A stretch of 64,000 nt of DNA from Camelus ferus. Its lineage: Eukaryota. How positions within the stretch are numbered: position 1 is the stretch's first letter; every line of letters starts with the position of its first letter. The position numbers and the translations under genes are program-made. Below the pieces are notes generated by a model. The model was not told the DNA's origin and did no database searches. It saw only the letters and a program-made list of their open reading frames with translations. Shown piece after piece: positions 13,690-26,000 of the stretch. Location: assembly GCF_009834535.1 (NCBI RefSeq), contig NC_045697.1, positions 115,570,001 through 115,634,000 of the forward strand, read 5' to 3'.

Positions 13690-14165
13690 AGTGGTAGCCA
13701 AGACATGGAAGCAAACTAAATATCCATCAACAGATAACTGCATAAAGAAGTTGCAGTATATTTATACAATGGAATACTACTCAGCCATAAAAAAGAACAA
13801 AATAATGTCATTTACAGCAACGTGGTTGGACCTGAAGATTATCATACTAAGTGAAGTTAAGCCAGAAAGAGAAAAAAATACCATATGATATCACTTATAT
13901 GTGGAATCTAAAAAAATGAGACAGATTTATTTACAAAACATAAACAGGCTCACAGACATAGAAAACAAACTTATGATTACCACGGGGATAGAAGGGGTGC
14001 AAGGATAAATTGGGAGTTCAGGATTTACAGATACTAATTACTATACATAAATAGATAAACAACAAAGCCCTGCTGTATAGCACAGGGAACTATATTCAAT
14101 ATCTTGTAATAGCCTATAATGAAAAAGAATCTGAAAAGGAATATGTGTATATGTGTATGTATATG

Positions 14166-14212
<47 letters not shown>

Positions 14213-14289
14213 TGGCTGAATCACTATGCTGTACACCAGAAATTAACATAACATTGTAAACTGACTATACTTCAATTAAAAAAAAAAAA
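13690..14289 (+). mobile_element. 5'-truncated L1 3' end (ORF2 C-terminus, 3'UTR, poly-A) with an internal (CA)n
   Basis: ORF 13667-13888 encodes AKTWKQ.KYPSTD..IKK..YIYTMEYYSAIKKN.IMSF.ATW.DL..IILSEV. 3'UTR has tgtatagcacagggaactatattcaata. (CA)n at ~14172-14206; A-tail. Confidence 0.92.
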
Positions 14290-15250
14290 GATAAGGAAAC
14301 AGATTTTAACAGGCTAAGAGCTGATGAGGCCAAAGGGGAGAAATTTGGCCAGCAGTTCTGGAATTGTACTTATGCCAGAGATAAGGTTTTGGGTTTTAAG
14401 GAAAGATAAATAGTATATCAATTTCAATAAATTATACTAGGGTTAAAATAAGATGATGTAACTAAGAATTAATTAAAATAACAAATAGTATGATTAAAGA
14501 AGAAAAGAATACATTACTCCCTGGATTATCATTAGGTTCATTGATCAAGAATATGAAATGAATGTTTTAATATTTTTAATGGTTACATATATATGATATG
14601 TTTTAAGATATCCTGATGTCTTCTTTCTAAAGAGTAGTCAATAAGAGTTACTGGAAAGGCTTTATCTAAACTCTTTTTGAAACATATGAAGGAAAAAAAA
14701 ACACTTAAAATACATCTAAAATAAGAAAATAAATATATAAAAGGTAAAATGGAAAACTAGAAATTCTTCTGTCAAGATATTTAGAATCTTCCTTACCAGT
14801 GAATAAAAATTTAAATCAATTTTTCTATATTCAGAAGCTAATTCCTCAGCTAACATTTTCTGCAATGAATTCAATGCAGTGGCTTTTCAGTGGAATAAGG
14901 TTTTCTCCAGTCTATTTAAATACTCATTTATTTTCGCAGTTACCAAATATTTACTGAGAATCTACTACATGCAACACACTTGCTGAGATGACGAGGATAT
15001 CAAAATAAACACCACATTGCACCTACCCTTGTGGAATTTACATCCCACCTAAGAAGAGGGGATTCTTAATATTTCTACAAATATCTGGTGATACTCGATT
15101 ACAGAAACACCAACATTTTTAGACAAACAGTAACTGTGGAGTTATCAGTGTCATTTACTAACCATTTCTACTTTCCACTGGTTCTACTGAGCCATGATAT
15201 ATTTATATATCTGCAGCATGAGTGGAAAATGAACCTCTGCTGTCTCCCTT

Positions 15251-15447
15251 GAGGGTTGGCAACTACAGCCCATGGGTCCAATCTAGCTCATCATGTGTTT
15301 CTGTCAACAGTCACACTCCTTGGATTACATACTGTCTATGGCTGCTTTCACACTAAAACGCCTGAGTTGAGTAGTTGTGGTAACTACTTGGCCCACAAAA
15401 AGTAAAGTATTTGTCATCTGGCCCTTCCCAGAAAAACATTGCTGATG
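15251..15447. mobile_element. hAT-Charlie MITE (MER58A-like)
   Basis: gggttggcaactacagcccatgggtccaatc...tgtctatggctgctttcacac...gagttgagtagttgtg...tatttgtcatctggccctt...gaaaaacattgctga. Confidence 0.75.
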
Positions 15448-15500
15448 TACGTTAAGTCACTAAGACTCAGGTGTTGTCTATTACCTCAACATAACCTAGT

Positions 15501-15885
15501 TGTTAGGGGCTGAATTCTGTTTCCCACAATTTAAATGTTGAAGCCCTAACCCCCAGTATCTCAGAATGTGACTATATTTGGATATTAAGCTTTTAAAGAG
15601 GTGAGTAAGTTAAAACGAGCCCTAAGGGTGATATCCTTATAAGAAGAGAAAACTGGGTTCCCAAGATGACACCAGGGATACATGCTCACAAAGGGAAGTT
15701 CACGTGAGGACACAGCAAGAAGGCGGCCATCTGCAAACCAGGAAGAGAGTCCTCACCAGACACTGAATCTACCAGCACCTTGATCTTGGACTTCTAGCCT
15801 CCAGAATGATGAGAAAAGGAATAACTGCTGTTTAAGCCACTAAGTCTGTGGTAGTTTTCAAGGGCAGTTTCTAGCAAACTAATAT
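15501..15885 (+). mobile_element. MaLR solo LTR (MLT1B-like)
   Basis: tgttaggggctgaattctgt...gaagccctaacccccagtatctcagaatgtgac...gtgaggacacagcaagaaggcggccatctgcaaacc...ccttgatcttggacttctagcctccagaa...ctagcaaactaatata. Confidence 0.88.
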
Positions 15886-16526
15886 ATTACCCTATCCTGA
15901 GTGATGCAGTAATTGGTACCTAAAAGTCAGGTGATGATGTAATAAAAACAATAACAAAATGTGGCGACTGTATTTAATTTCCTAAATCAGGATATGCTAC
16001 AGAATGTGAAAGAATTAGCTACTTACTTAATTCAAATCACTATATTAAAGCAGGGTTTTTCAGGTATCATATCATGTTATGATGGTGGTAACTATTACTA
16101 ATATAACTAGATAGATATCTATATATATATTTCTACCTCTATTATATCTTTATATCTAGCACCTATGCACTTAATTTGTCAAATGTTGCTTTGCTTGATT
16201 TTATTTTCTGTGGGTATATATAATTTCATGGGTGACTTTTCAGGTTAAAAAAATCACACAGCCCACTCTGTTCCAAACAACCAGAATACATTTTGTGTCT
16301 GAAAAGCCAAACTAGTATAAACTACAGTGGATTCTTTTGATAATCCTGCAATAAAAGATGGCAGGAAATGTCTGTTAGTACCTAGGGGCAAAGACTTTGA
16401 AACTGTTTTCTTAGTTTGCCTAAACAGGGTAAAATATGCAAAAATATGCAAAATAGCTTAACTGTAGTCATATTCTTTATTAAGGAAAAAATTCTGCATT
16501 TTTGTTTCTTTCTCTTCTCTCTCTCT

Positions 16527-16562
<36 letters not shown>

Positions 16563-17809
16563 TTGATAGGTTGGTCTATCAACCCAGAACCCAGTGTTAT
16601 GAAGTCCCAGCAGCCAACTCACTTCTAAATTTTAAGGATATAATCCATCACTAGGCAACCACTGACCATACAGTGTTTTACACCAACTAAGTGCATTGGA
16701 GTACTCTTCAAAGGGGAACACATCAACATAAATAAATTTACCTTTCATTTCATATTTTAAAAAAGCCAATCACATTATTTTGCCCAGGGAATCTATTACT
16801 AAAGGAACAATTTTGCCTCTTAGCCCTTACTCATTGATGAACAAGATTCAACTTATTTATAATACTAACATGAAAGGCAAGGCCATCTGCAGAAGAAAGG
16901 TAGCCAATTGCCTCAGCAGAACCCTCCAGAAGTGTACCACCTTGGGCTGACAGTCTGTCTGGCTTTCCAAGTTCTCTCTCTAGCAAAGACAATTTTACGC
17001 TGTCAATTCAAGAACCACCAAGTGCTCCAAAGAACGGTTTTAACAATAACTTGATTCTTGGTCTTTGGTATTACTAAGAACTTCATCAACATCTCAAGTT
17101 TTCCAGAAACATTCAAATCACATCCTTTATGGTTTTCACATCCCAGCTAGGATTGTACTGGTGTTGTAGATTTAGAAGGGATGAGCCCCCAGCTATGTCA
17201 CTGCTGTTCTTTGTCTGAACCTTTAAGGTAAGTAAAGGAGGTCAGATGATTCTGCCTCCCCTGGGAGCACCCATGAACTCTAAATCTCCAAGGCTTTTCA
17301 GCAAATGGCAGGCAATGTTATTTTGGTCAGAAATGTACTTTTCCCAGTGAGAAGTGAGAGCCTCTCAGAATCAGGAGTTCAGACTCCATCGGTAATGAGT
17401 CACGTGGATGTCAAGGGCCCTGTGACTCTGCCTCTGATCAGGTCTCACGGTGAGGGAATGAGAAGGAGTTCCTGTTGAGGCAGAGGGTCACAGCTTCGTG
17501 GGGGCCCACATTGCTTCTGAGAATACTTTCAAAGCTCACCCTGGTGGGGCATCTTCTGTCCTGACTACTCAAACCACTCCCACACTGGCCGCCTGCTCCT
17601 CCACGGTTCTACCTGGTGACATGGAGCTCAGCTCTTTGGAATTTAAGGTCTGTCAGGGTTGCATCCACAGCTAAACCATAATCTCCTTGACAGTGGAGGC
17701 TACGTGCTGTCCTTCCTGGTGTCTCTCACGGCCCCTGTAACTCTGGTGGATGATTAAGATGGAGATGCTGGTGTCCGTGAGGATGAGGAGGAGGACTTCT
17801 TAGCAACGT

Positions 17810-17925
17810 TATAACTAACGTGCATTGACCACTAGAGCTGGCGCGAAGTCGTCTTTTTGGATCTGCTCACTTCATCCTCACATCCTCGCTGTTGAGGTAC
17901 AGATGAGGAAAACTGAGGCTGACCT
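17810..17925 (-). mobile_element. MIR fragment
   Basis: MIR core ttcatcctcaca...gaggtacagatgaggaaaactgaggct. Confidence 0.6.
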
Positions 17926-17942
17926 CACAGTTTCTGAGTCTC

Positions 17943-18055
17943 TGTTCTGGGTTGCATGGTGTCCTCCAAAATTCACACCCACCTGCAACCTGTGAATGTG
18001 ACCTTTTTTCAAAACAGGGTCTTTGTTGATTTAGTTAATTAAGAGAGGTTGTAGA
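17943..18055 (+). mobile_element. MLT1C-like LTR 5' fragment
   Basis: tgttctgggttgcatggtgtcctccaaaattcacacccacctgcaacctgtgaatgtgacc...agggtctttg. Confidence 0.65.
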
Positions 18056-19004
18056 GGATAAAAAAATTATTTTACCTCTACCCTTCTAAGTTCTCTGCTA
18101 AGATCCTTTCCTCTTCTTCCTTTTTCTATTTCTCTTGGTTGTTATAGTCCTTGGTAAAGTTGAGAGTAAGGGACACGAAGATACAGTTGACTGGTTCCCG
18201 AGGACAAGGAGAAAGATTACAGATCAAGTGTTCAGTCCATGTCTTTTAGACTGTCTGTACCCTCCTCATCCTGGCTTAGGTGCAGCTCCTTACCAGTGTC
18301 TTGATTTTGTGTGTAAACAAAGCAAGATGCCTCCATGTCCCATACAGTTAGAATTTCCAACGATTTGTCTAACAGCTCCTCCGGTGAAATGATACCATGT
18401 CCAGGGTGGTGCCAGCCCCCAGCAGGTGCTCAGCTGAAATTGTTGAAAGGGATGGCTGGAGCCCTACCCCAATTACCTTGTGAGCCCCTTCGCCCATCTG
18501 TTTCTTTATGTGTCATAAACTTTTTGTCATCTCTCTAGCACACATTTCTTTATGTATTCTTATTCAGGATGTGTATATGACTCAAACTGTATCTTTGGTG
18601 TGTCCATAATCTCATAAGTGAGGAAACTGTCACCTAAGCAAGTCAAGAAACATATGGTGGTTTATTGGGTAAAAATCCCCAGTTAGTCAAAAGCTATGTT
18701 CTCATGTATGGCTCCATTTCTGTTGTACTTCTCAGAATAATCAGGAAAGATTCTGCAAAAACAACCAAAAAATGCATTTAAGACTCTGCCTATAAATAAA
18801 TCAGTTTATTGTGAAAGTTAAAATAATAGAAAGTTTAGGAAAAATGAGTTCAATGTTGTAAAGTTCCATTAGTTATGCTTCTGAATATTAATTTTATCAT
18901 CCAGATTATTTGGAAGCAGTAGATATATGGACTATGACTCATTAAAGCCATGATAATTATTTAAATTTGGTATAGAAATTCAATAATGTATATACATATA
19001 AATT

Positions 19005-20420
19005 AATTTTTAGGCATTAATAAGCTTTATAATTCGTAAGTGAAATACTGACCTGTTCTTGAAAGAGACAGTAAGGTATAAAATGTATAAAAGAAGTGAA
19101 ATAAACATTTTCTTGGTGTCCTTGAGTACGTTTAGAAGTTTCAGAAATGCTTGATTCTTATTGTATAATCCTGGATATTTTAAAAGTCTATGCTTCCCTT
19201 GGAAACCATTATGTATATTTTAGTGTAGGAGTTAATTCTGAGTCCATGGTGAACAGTAATGATCTTCTCAACCCTTGACTTTGCTTTGTTTTGTTTTTTT
19301 TTCTTTTATTCATCATAATGGCATTGGAGTTGCTCTAAAATGAATACATAAATAACAAAGAATAGTTATTAAATATACATGTGTGCATATAGTATATATA
19401 ATGCATATTTTCAACCTTGTAATCATCTTCATCTTATTTAAATACGTAAAACACAGGCATTAATGACTTTTACAGTTGAGTCTCTACTCTGGCTATGTTT
19501 TTTAAACTTTTCCTTGTTTCATTTATAATCTATAAAATAGGAATGATAAGACTGACTTGTGTCAAGTAATTATTTCTTACTTTCTAAGTAATTTAAACCC
19601 TAAAGCTAATTAAAATATTTCTGAGTAATTCTCATTGAATTAGTTTCAGACCTGCTAAATATTCCCATTGAAAGCAGTCAGACTGTCACAAATTGTGCTG
19701 TTTGACTTCAACCTTCAGTTCTGTATAATGAGAATGATGGATAAAAATCTTGTTTAAAATTTTGAAAGATTCTATACTGAAGAGAAAAAATTGGCTTCCC
19801 ATTTCCCTACACAATGCTCTGTTCAATATCCCATGGCAAATTTTGTCTGAGCAGCAAGAGAGATGGATTATTTGTGTCTCATTAACTTTTATGTAAAATT
19901 TTCCTTTGTTCTCTTGGTTGCTCCCTGTCTAAATTGGAAGGGAAATAACTAGAGTTTTTTTTATGAATTTAATTCTTTAGATTTATACATTTATTACTTG
20001 TGATTCTAAACAAGAATATTATATGCATCCATGATAAATGTTTAGTTTAAAAATTCTTTGTTATTTGTGGTACTCATTTTAGAGCAATGCCAACGCCATT
20101 AAGATGAATAAAGGAAAAGAAACAAACCAAGAAAAAGACTAGGGTCAGGGAGATCGTTACTGTTCACCATGGACTCAAAATTAGCTCCTATGATGAAATG
20201 TAACGATTTTCAAAGAAACATTGTCTTTTAAAATATACAGGATTATTCTATAAGAATCAAGTACTCCTGAAACTTCTAAACATACTCAAAGACAGCTGGT
20301 GCTAAAACCAAGGAAACGTTTATTTCACTTCTTCTAGACATTTCATACCTTCAAATCTCTTTTAAGAACAGTTCAAAGTTTCATTGACAAATCATAAAAC
20401 TTGTTAATCCCTGAAAAAAT
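19005..20420. repeat. Diverged inverted duplication: arms ~19005-19400 and ~20015-20420, spacer ~600 bp
   Basis: 19239-19265 and 20151-20177 are reverse complements at 26/27 nt. 19051-19116 matches the reverse complement of ~20308-20373 at 55/66 nt. Similarity is collinear across both arms. Confidence 0.92.
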
Positions 20421-21214
20421 GAATAAACGAAAAATAAGAAGATGATTTATCTTAATAACTATAAGTATTACTCTATTAAATAACTTGCAATGTCTTAGAT
20501 GGTAGAAAAGTAAGAAATATGCTTCCCATAGCTTTACCCTTGAGCCCTATTGGGATCTGCCTTTATAGATAAACTAAAGCAGAATCAAACACATTTTTCT
20601 TAATATCTTGTATTTTGGTTGTTCAGAGAATCAAGATTATCTGTGGGAGAGGAGTGGTACACTGGGGAAGATATAAATCATCCAGTAGAATTACTGAAGA
20701 AAACATATACACAAAGAAAACAGAAAAATGTAAATTTCAACAAAGATACAGATTAGACACCCAAAATTGACCTAGATTCAGAGATAGATATAAATACATA
20801 AATAGATATAAGATATAGGTACATTATTAATACACATTCCATTTTGCATGGAGAACTTATTTATTGAATTAATTCATTAAGCACATGGGATTTTTTTTTC
20901 AAAGTATACATTCTATTTTTCTGAATCTGGTGAAATTCACATGTGGTTACAGATCAAAGTATGCTTGGTTTAAAATTCATGATTACTAATAGTCACTATT
21001 AACTTCATGAGTCCAAAAATATAAATGATATAATGTCAAAAAAGCATGGACAACAGAGTCAAAAGAATGAAGCTTCTGCCTAGGAGTTCTGTTTCTAATT
21101 TTCTTGTCTACATAAAAAAGAAAAAAACCTTGCTAAATTGTTGTGGGACAGTAAATGAGAAGGTTCTATGCACTGTGAACACCAAACAGATGAGGGAATA
21201 AAGTTAACTAAGAG

Positions 21215-21390
21215 GAGGCACACAGGTAAATTTAGGAGTAATGAAAATATTGTATATCTTGACAAAGGTGCTATTTACAAAGGTGCTATATACATTTGTC
21301 AAAATCCAACAATCTTACAACTGTGCACCTAAAGACAGAGGATTTTATTGAAAGCAAAGTATACCTTAATAAATCTGACTTAAAAGAAAA
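21215..21390 (+). mobile_element. Old L1 (L1MC/ME-like) 3' terminus
   Basis: aatgaaaatattgtatatcttga...tatacatttgtcaaaatc...gtataccttaataaa plus an A-rich end. Confidence 0.7.
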
Positions 21391-22077
21391 AGCCAACGTG
21401 ATCACAAGGCACATTTGTCTACATTACACATGAATCAAACTACATGGAGATATACATTATAGTACATCAGTAGGACTTTTGGCTGAGACTTATTGTTTTA
21501 CTACAAAAAAAAAAAAAAAAAAAAGACAGACGAGGCCAATAGAAAATTTAGTACGATGTGTTTCCCGAGAACTACATCAAGCATCAAACTCCCAGCCCCT
21601 GCAGCAGTGGAGGCATGGCCCATGTGTGGCATAGAGGCCGTGGGGTCATTTGCCTTTGAAGGGACCATGTAGGCTTGGGCACTGAGCATCCTACAGGCAA
21701 CCATGAGACATAATATCAAAGTCTCCTTCTTAGGGTTTTGTTTTCAACAGTGTATATCCCCTTAATTAGGGAAAGGAGCCCCCACGATGATGAAAAGCCT
21801 CAGAAGGGGAACAATCTCTCTCTTCATTTCCCTTCCCTGTTTCTCTCCCCGACTTTCTCCCTCTCGCTTTACTCTCCCAACTGGGATCTGTGCCCTCACG
21901 CCTCCCAGCGCAGTTTTCACACTGTGTTGTAACTTTCCCCTTAATTATCTATCTTCTCCTAGAACACAGACTGTGTTCTATTCTTTTGGCTCTAGTTCCA
22001 GCATCTGTGGCTGAGCAACCGGTGAGGTTCCAAAACTAGCTGTGGAAACGGGAAGCCCAGGGAGGGACCTGGGCTGG

Positions 22078-22127
22078 AGGCCCCGCCCCATGCTCTAAGG
22101 GGTGGGGCCATGCCAGGGGCGGGGCCT
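22078..22127. promoter_or_regulatory. GC-box / GT-box cluster (Sp/KLF-type sites), candidate promoter or enhancer core
   Basis: aggccccgcccc (22078-22089), ggggtggggcc, ggggcggggcct (22116-22127), in a locally GC- and CpG-enriched patch. Confidence 0.45.
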
Positions 22128-24883
22128 GAGCAGTGCCCTCCCCCTACTTTCTGCAGAAAGCCCGGGTCCTCCGCAGGGCAGTGGATCTCATCTCCGTGGC
22201 TGGTGTGAAACAAAAGTTCTTGATTATTCCTCACAGAGGACCCTGCCTGCTTATTCAGGTCCTCTACAGCCATGTGGACCAGCTTCCTGATTAGGGCAAC
22301 TTTTTACAGCTGTTGCGGCAAACCCCTTCATGAGACGTGCAGTGCAGTCCTCGGAGGCTGACCGCCTACTATTTGCGAATCCTGTGGAAGCTGCTCCTCC
22401 CTCTGTGTTCCCTGTGGCTTCCACAGGAACTCTGATTCATCTCAGACTCTGGCAAACATCTTCTCAGCAGACACTCTAGAAAACCAGTTACCAGCCCCTC
22501 CGTTGAAGCCCTGGCCGCTTCTTGCTCTCAGCCTCTCCCTGGATGCTGAAGAGAGCCTGTGAGCGGCCTCTCTGGCTAGGCCTGTGAATACACAAGGAGG
22601 CCCCACCTGAGCCTCCATCCCACACGTCTCCCCTTTCCTTGCCGTCCTCTGTCTTTACAATGAGTCTCATGCTTTTTCGTTCTTTATCCATCATGACTGA
22701 TTTCCTTCTCTACCACCAGAGGCCACTCTGTCATAGTGCCCACGATTTCACTGACTTCCCCTCTTTACTGAGAGCCTCATTCACCGCTCTCCTCTGCCTT
22801 CAGAGCCCTCCTTTTTATTGAGTTCTGTCAATATTTCATATATTTTTCTTTTACCCCTACCACCAGCTTTCTCATTTTGCTACCAGCGAGCTCTGTGGCA
22901 CTGTAACATACCTTCCCCGAAATGTCCAACTTTTCGCCCTCAACACTGGTCTTCTTCTTGTCACCAGAGCCATTTTGACCTCCGTATCTCACATCTCTGA
23001 TGAACCATCTTTCATGCCCCATACTGGCCTTTTTCCCTTCTTCCCCAGAGAACACACAGATATTAGATCCTCTTCTCCATCCAGATCTCACTTTGGCTCT
23101 GAATCCCACCCACTCCCCTGACCCCACCTAGTCGCAGGGTATCAGCGTCTCAATAAACTTGATGGACCTCATGAATCTCACTGACTCATTTGCAGGCATC
23201 CCCCACCATCTCGCTACTTCACCACCACCAGCTCCAATGTTTAACCCTATGTCTTACTTGATTCCAACCTTACTAAAAACTGTCCCAAAGAGTTTATGTC
23301 CAAGTAACCCCTATTTATCAGCCTTTTTGTCTCAACAGTCTCATGTCAACTCCTCAAGCCTGCATCTGTCAATCTTTTCCTGATGGTAGGTGTCTGTCTG
23401 CCAGAGGACTTGTTCCTCCCCCATTTTTTTCATACTGTGATTTCTAACAAGAGCTCCATACTCTCTGTCCGTCAGAGATCAGTCTCTGGCAGGGGGCAGG
23501 GGGTCTGCACATGGAGGCCAGGCCTCCCCTTGGTCCCCTGTGATGTTTAGTTGCTCCTAGAGATAAAGTCACAAAGAGAGTGGACTTTCAGATTTGGAAA
23601 GAGAAAGAAAAGAAGGATCACTTCCAAAACAACTGAGGTCAGGCTACTACGTGTAAGGTTTTCCCTAAATCTTTAGTGCTGCTTGCTGCTGAGCAGAACA
23701 CCACTAAGACAGTGACTTAGGAAATGACATTTTGGGGCGCTCAAGGGAAAACCCACCAAGAGCAACTAAAAATGCATTAAGGTTACAAATGGACACAAAG
23801 TTAAGGCAAATCTGCAGGATTAGATACATAGCTTGTGCCCAACAATGCACTACCTCCTCCTCAATAATGCTGTGTTTTGGAGTGTCAGAAATGGGGCACC
23901 CCTGTTGTTTTAGGGATACCACCTGAATATTCTTCCTTGATCCAGACCACCAACTTGTGCTAAAAATTAATATTATTCAGTTTGGGTGGGACCAAGTTAG
24001 GGACTGGTCTTTAAGCTCCTTATCCATAAAAGTCTTCAAAATGAGAGGAACACAACTGTGGCTTCCACTCCAGTTGGCCTTTTTCTCCTAAGCTACCCAT
24101 GTTTTAGAAGCTAATGCTGTAGTTGAGGTTGCCCAGCTTTTGCTGAAAACCATGAGGCAACTAGAGAAACAAGAAAACCATGAAAACATCAAGCTCTACG
24201 CTGGTTAATCCTCTGCCTGCCCCCTCTCTTGTAGGTATGGAAGGCCAGAGGATACTGAGAAGGTCCACCTCTGATATTTGTCATGAGTTCCCACAGTGGC
24301 GAGGACGGTAGAGTTTTTAGTCTACACATTCAGCATCATAGGGAAAAATCTAGGCGAGTAAGACTTTACAGTGAGCTAAGACAGATAGCCTAACACTGAC
24401 TAAACATTGAACAGTATCAGGAAATGAGCAAAGGGTTGACAGTGGAAGTGTCCCAAGAGATTCTAGCCACAAAATAGCATCACCCACAGCCAGAGAACAT
24501 AGGGCAGAGATGTTTCAGCAAAGAAAGGAGGCATTACTGTAAAAATAGTTTTCACTTTAGGAAAATAATTATAGATATGAATTCAGAAATTCCCTCAAAG
24601 GCCAGAGATTCAGGGGAATTGTCAATAGCAAAAGGTCTTATCTCCTAAACTACCATCAGGAGAGCCACTGTGGTAAGAAACTCTCCAAAGCTACAAAGCA
24701 CCTTAGTATTCTAGGAACTTCAGTGACCAAGGAGTGCCTCTCACAGCTAACAGTGTTGGATGACACAGAATTCAGGTCAACCATGCCCCATAGAGCAGTT
24801 TGCTGGTAAATTAAAGTTCAAGTCCCTCACCTCAGGGGCCCTGGCTTCTAAGATCTCGGAGTCCCATCACCAGAGTTTTTCCA

Positions 24884-25190
24884 CTAGGGCCGTGGTTACT
24901 GAGTGCTTCATTTGTGGCTAGTCTGATTGAGATGGGTTATAAATGTAAAATATATATCAGATTTCAAAGACTTAGTTTGAAACAAATAACATAAAATGTC
25001 TCATTAATATTTTATATTAGTGCATTTAGAAATAAATATTTGATTGTAGTCTATTAAATACATTATTAAAATGATTTCAACTGTTGGTTTCTGATTTTTT
25101 GAAGTGTGGCTACTTAAAAATCAAAAATGGCACACGTGGCTTAATCATGTGGCTTAGACATTTCTGTGTATTTCTGTTGGAAAGCACTGC
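24884..25190. mobile_element. hAT-Charlie MITE (MER33-like)
   Basis: actgagtgcttcatttgtggctagtctgattgagatg...gtaaaatatatatcagatttcaaagacttag...tctcattaata...gtggctactt...tatttctgttggaaagcactgc. Confidence 0.78.
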
Positions 25191-25199
25191 ATTAGGCTT

Positions 25200-26000
25200 C
25201 CTCATCTCAAAGCCCTTTACCTCCGTTCCAATATGACTATGGCCTCGACCTGGAGCTCCCGACCAGGGACAGCTGTACCTTCTGAAATAATACCCTCTGA
25301 CATCCTACCCTCCGACCTCAAACTTATGCCTTTCCAACTTCTGTCCTCAGCATGCCAATCTTCCAGCCTTGCAAGGACCTCTAATACATTGCTCCTTCTG
25401 TATATGCCCTAGTCATGTTACCTCTTATCTTTAACTCCTCATGGTACATGATATAAGCCATTGTCCACTGCCACCATCCCAATGGCCATTCTCTTTCATT
25501 GTCCCTCTTTGGTAAAATACTAACTCTCTGCCTTTTTAGGCTTGTCTTATAGGAGGTGGCTGGTACCTGCTGGATAAAATCACACACGCGTGCACGCACA
25601 CATGCACACACACACTTTCACACAAGGACATTGTTAAGACCATACTCTCTTGATCTAGAAAGAATAGCTCAAAGACTGCTGGAAATTGAACCATTCATTC
25701 CGTATATATAAAGTGTCTAGTATTTCTCGGCACTGTTCTAAGCATGTAGACTACATCAGTGAACAGAACTGATAAAAGCTCCCTGCCTCTTGTAGTTTAT
25801 GTCATTTACCTGGTCAACTGTCTTTCCCATCCTCAATAGTATTTCAAACCTTCACTTCCTAAAACTTCTGCATTCACCACCTCAGGAGGTGTCCTAGGTT
25901 CCCACTCTACAGAGGAACTAGAAGCCATTAGATGGGAAATTTTCATCCCCAAATACATACATCCCACTTCTCCTTTAACTCCACGGTAACCCTGCCAAAA
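25200..26000 (+). mobile_element. L2 remnants
   Basis: Pyrimidine-rich L2-like tracts, e.g. atttcaaaccttcac...cccactctacagaggaactagaagccattagatggga. Confidence 0.45.

Larger units (their letters stand above)
15134..15950 (+). mobile_element. Old MLT1J-like LTR plus start of MaLR internal region, interrupted by two younger elements
   Basis: LTR 3' pieces gttaagtcactaagactcagg...ataacctag and cctatcctgagtgatgca, followed by gtaattggtacctaaaagtcaggtgatgatgtaataaaaac (MLT-int start). Confidence 0.55.

Noticed and set aside
17396..17406. Overlapping AP-1 and E-box tgagtcacgtg
   Set aside because: Single short composite motif with no other support.
17826..17845. CTCF-like tgaccactagagctggcgc
   Set aside because: Two extra bases break the core spacing, and it lies in a MIR fragment.
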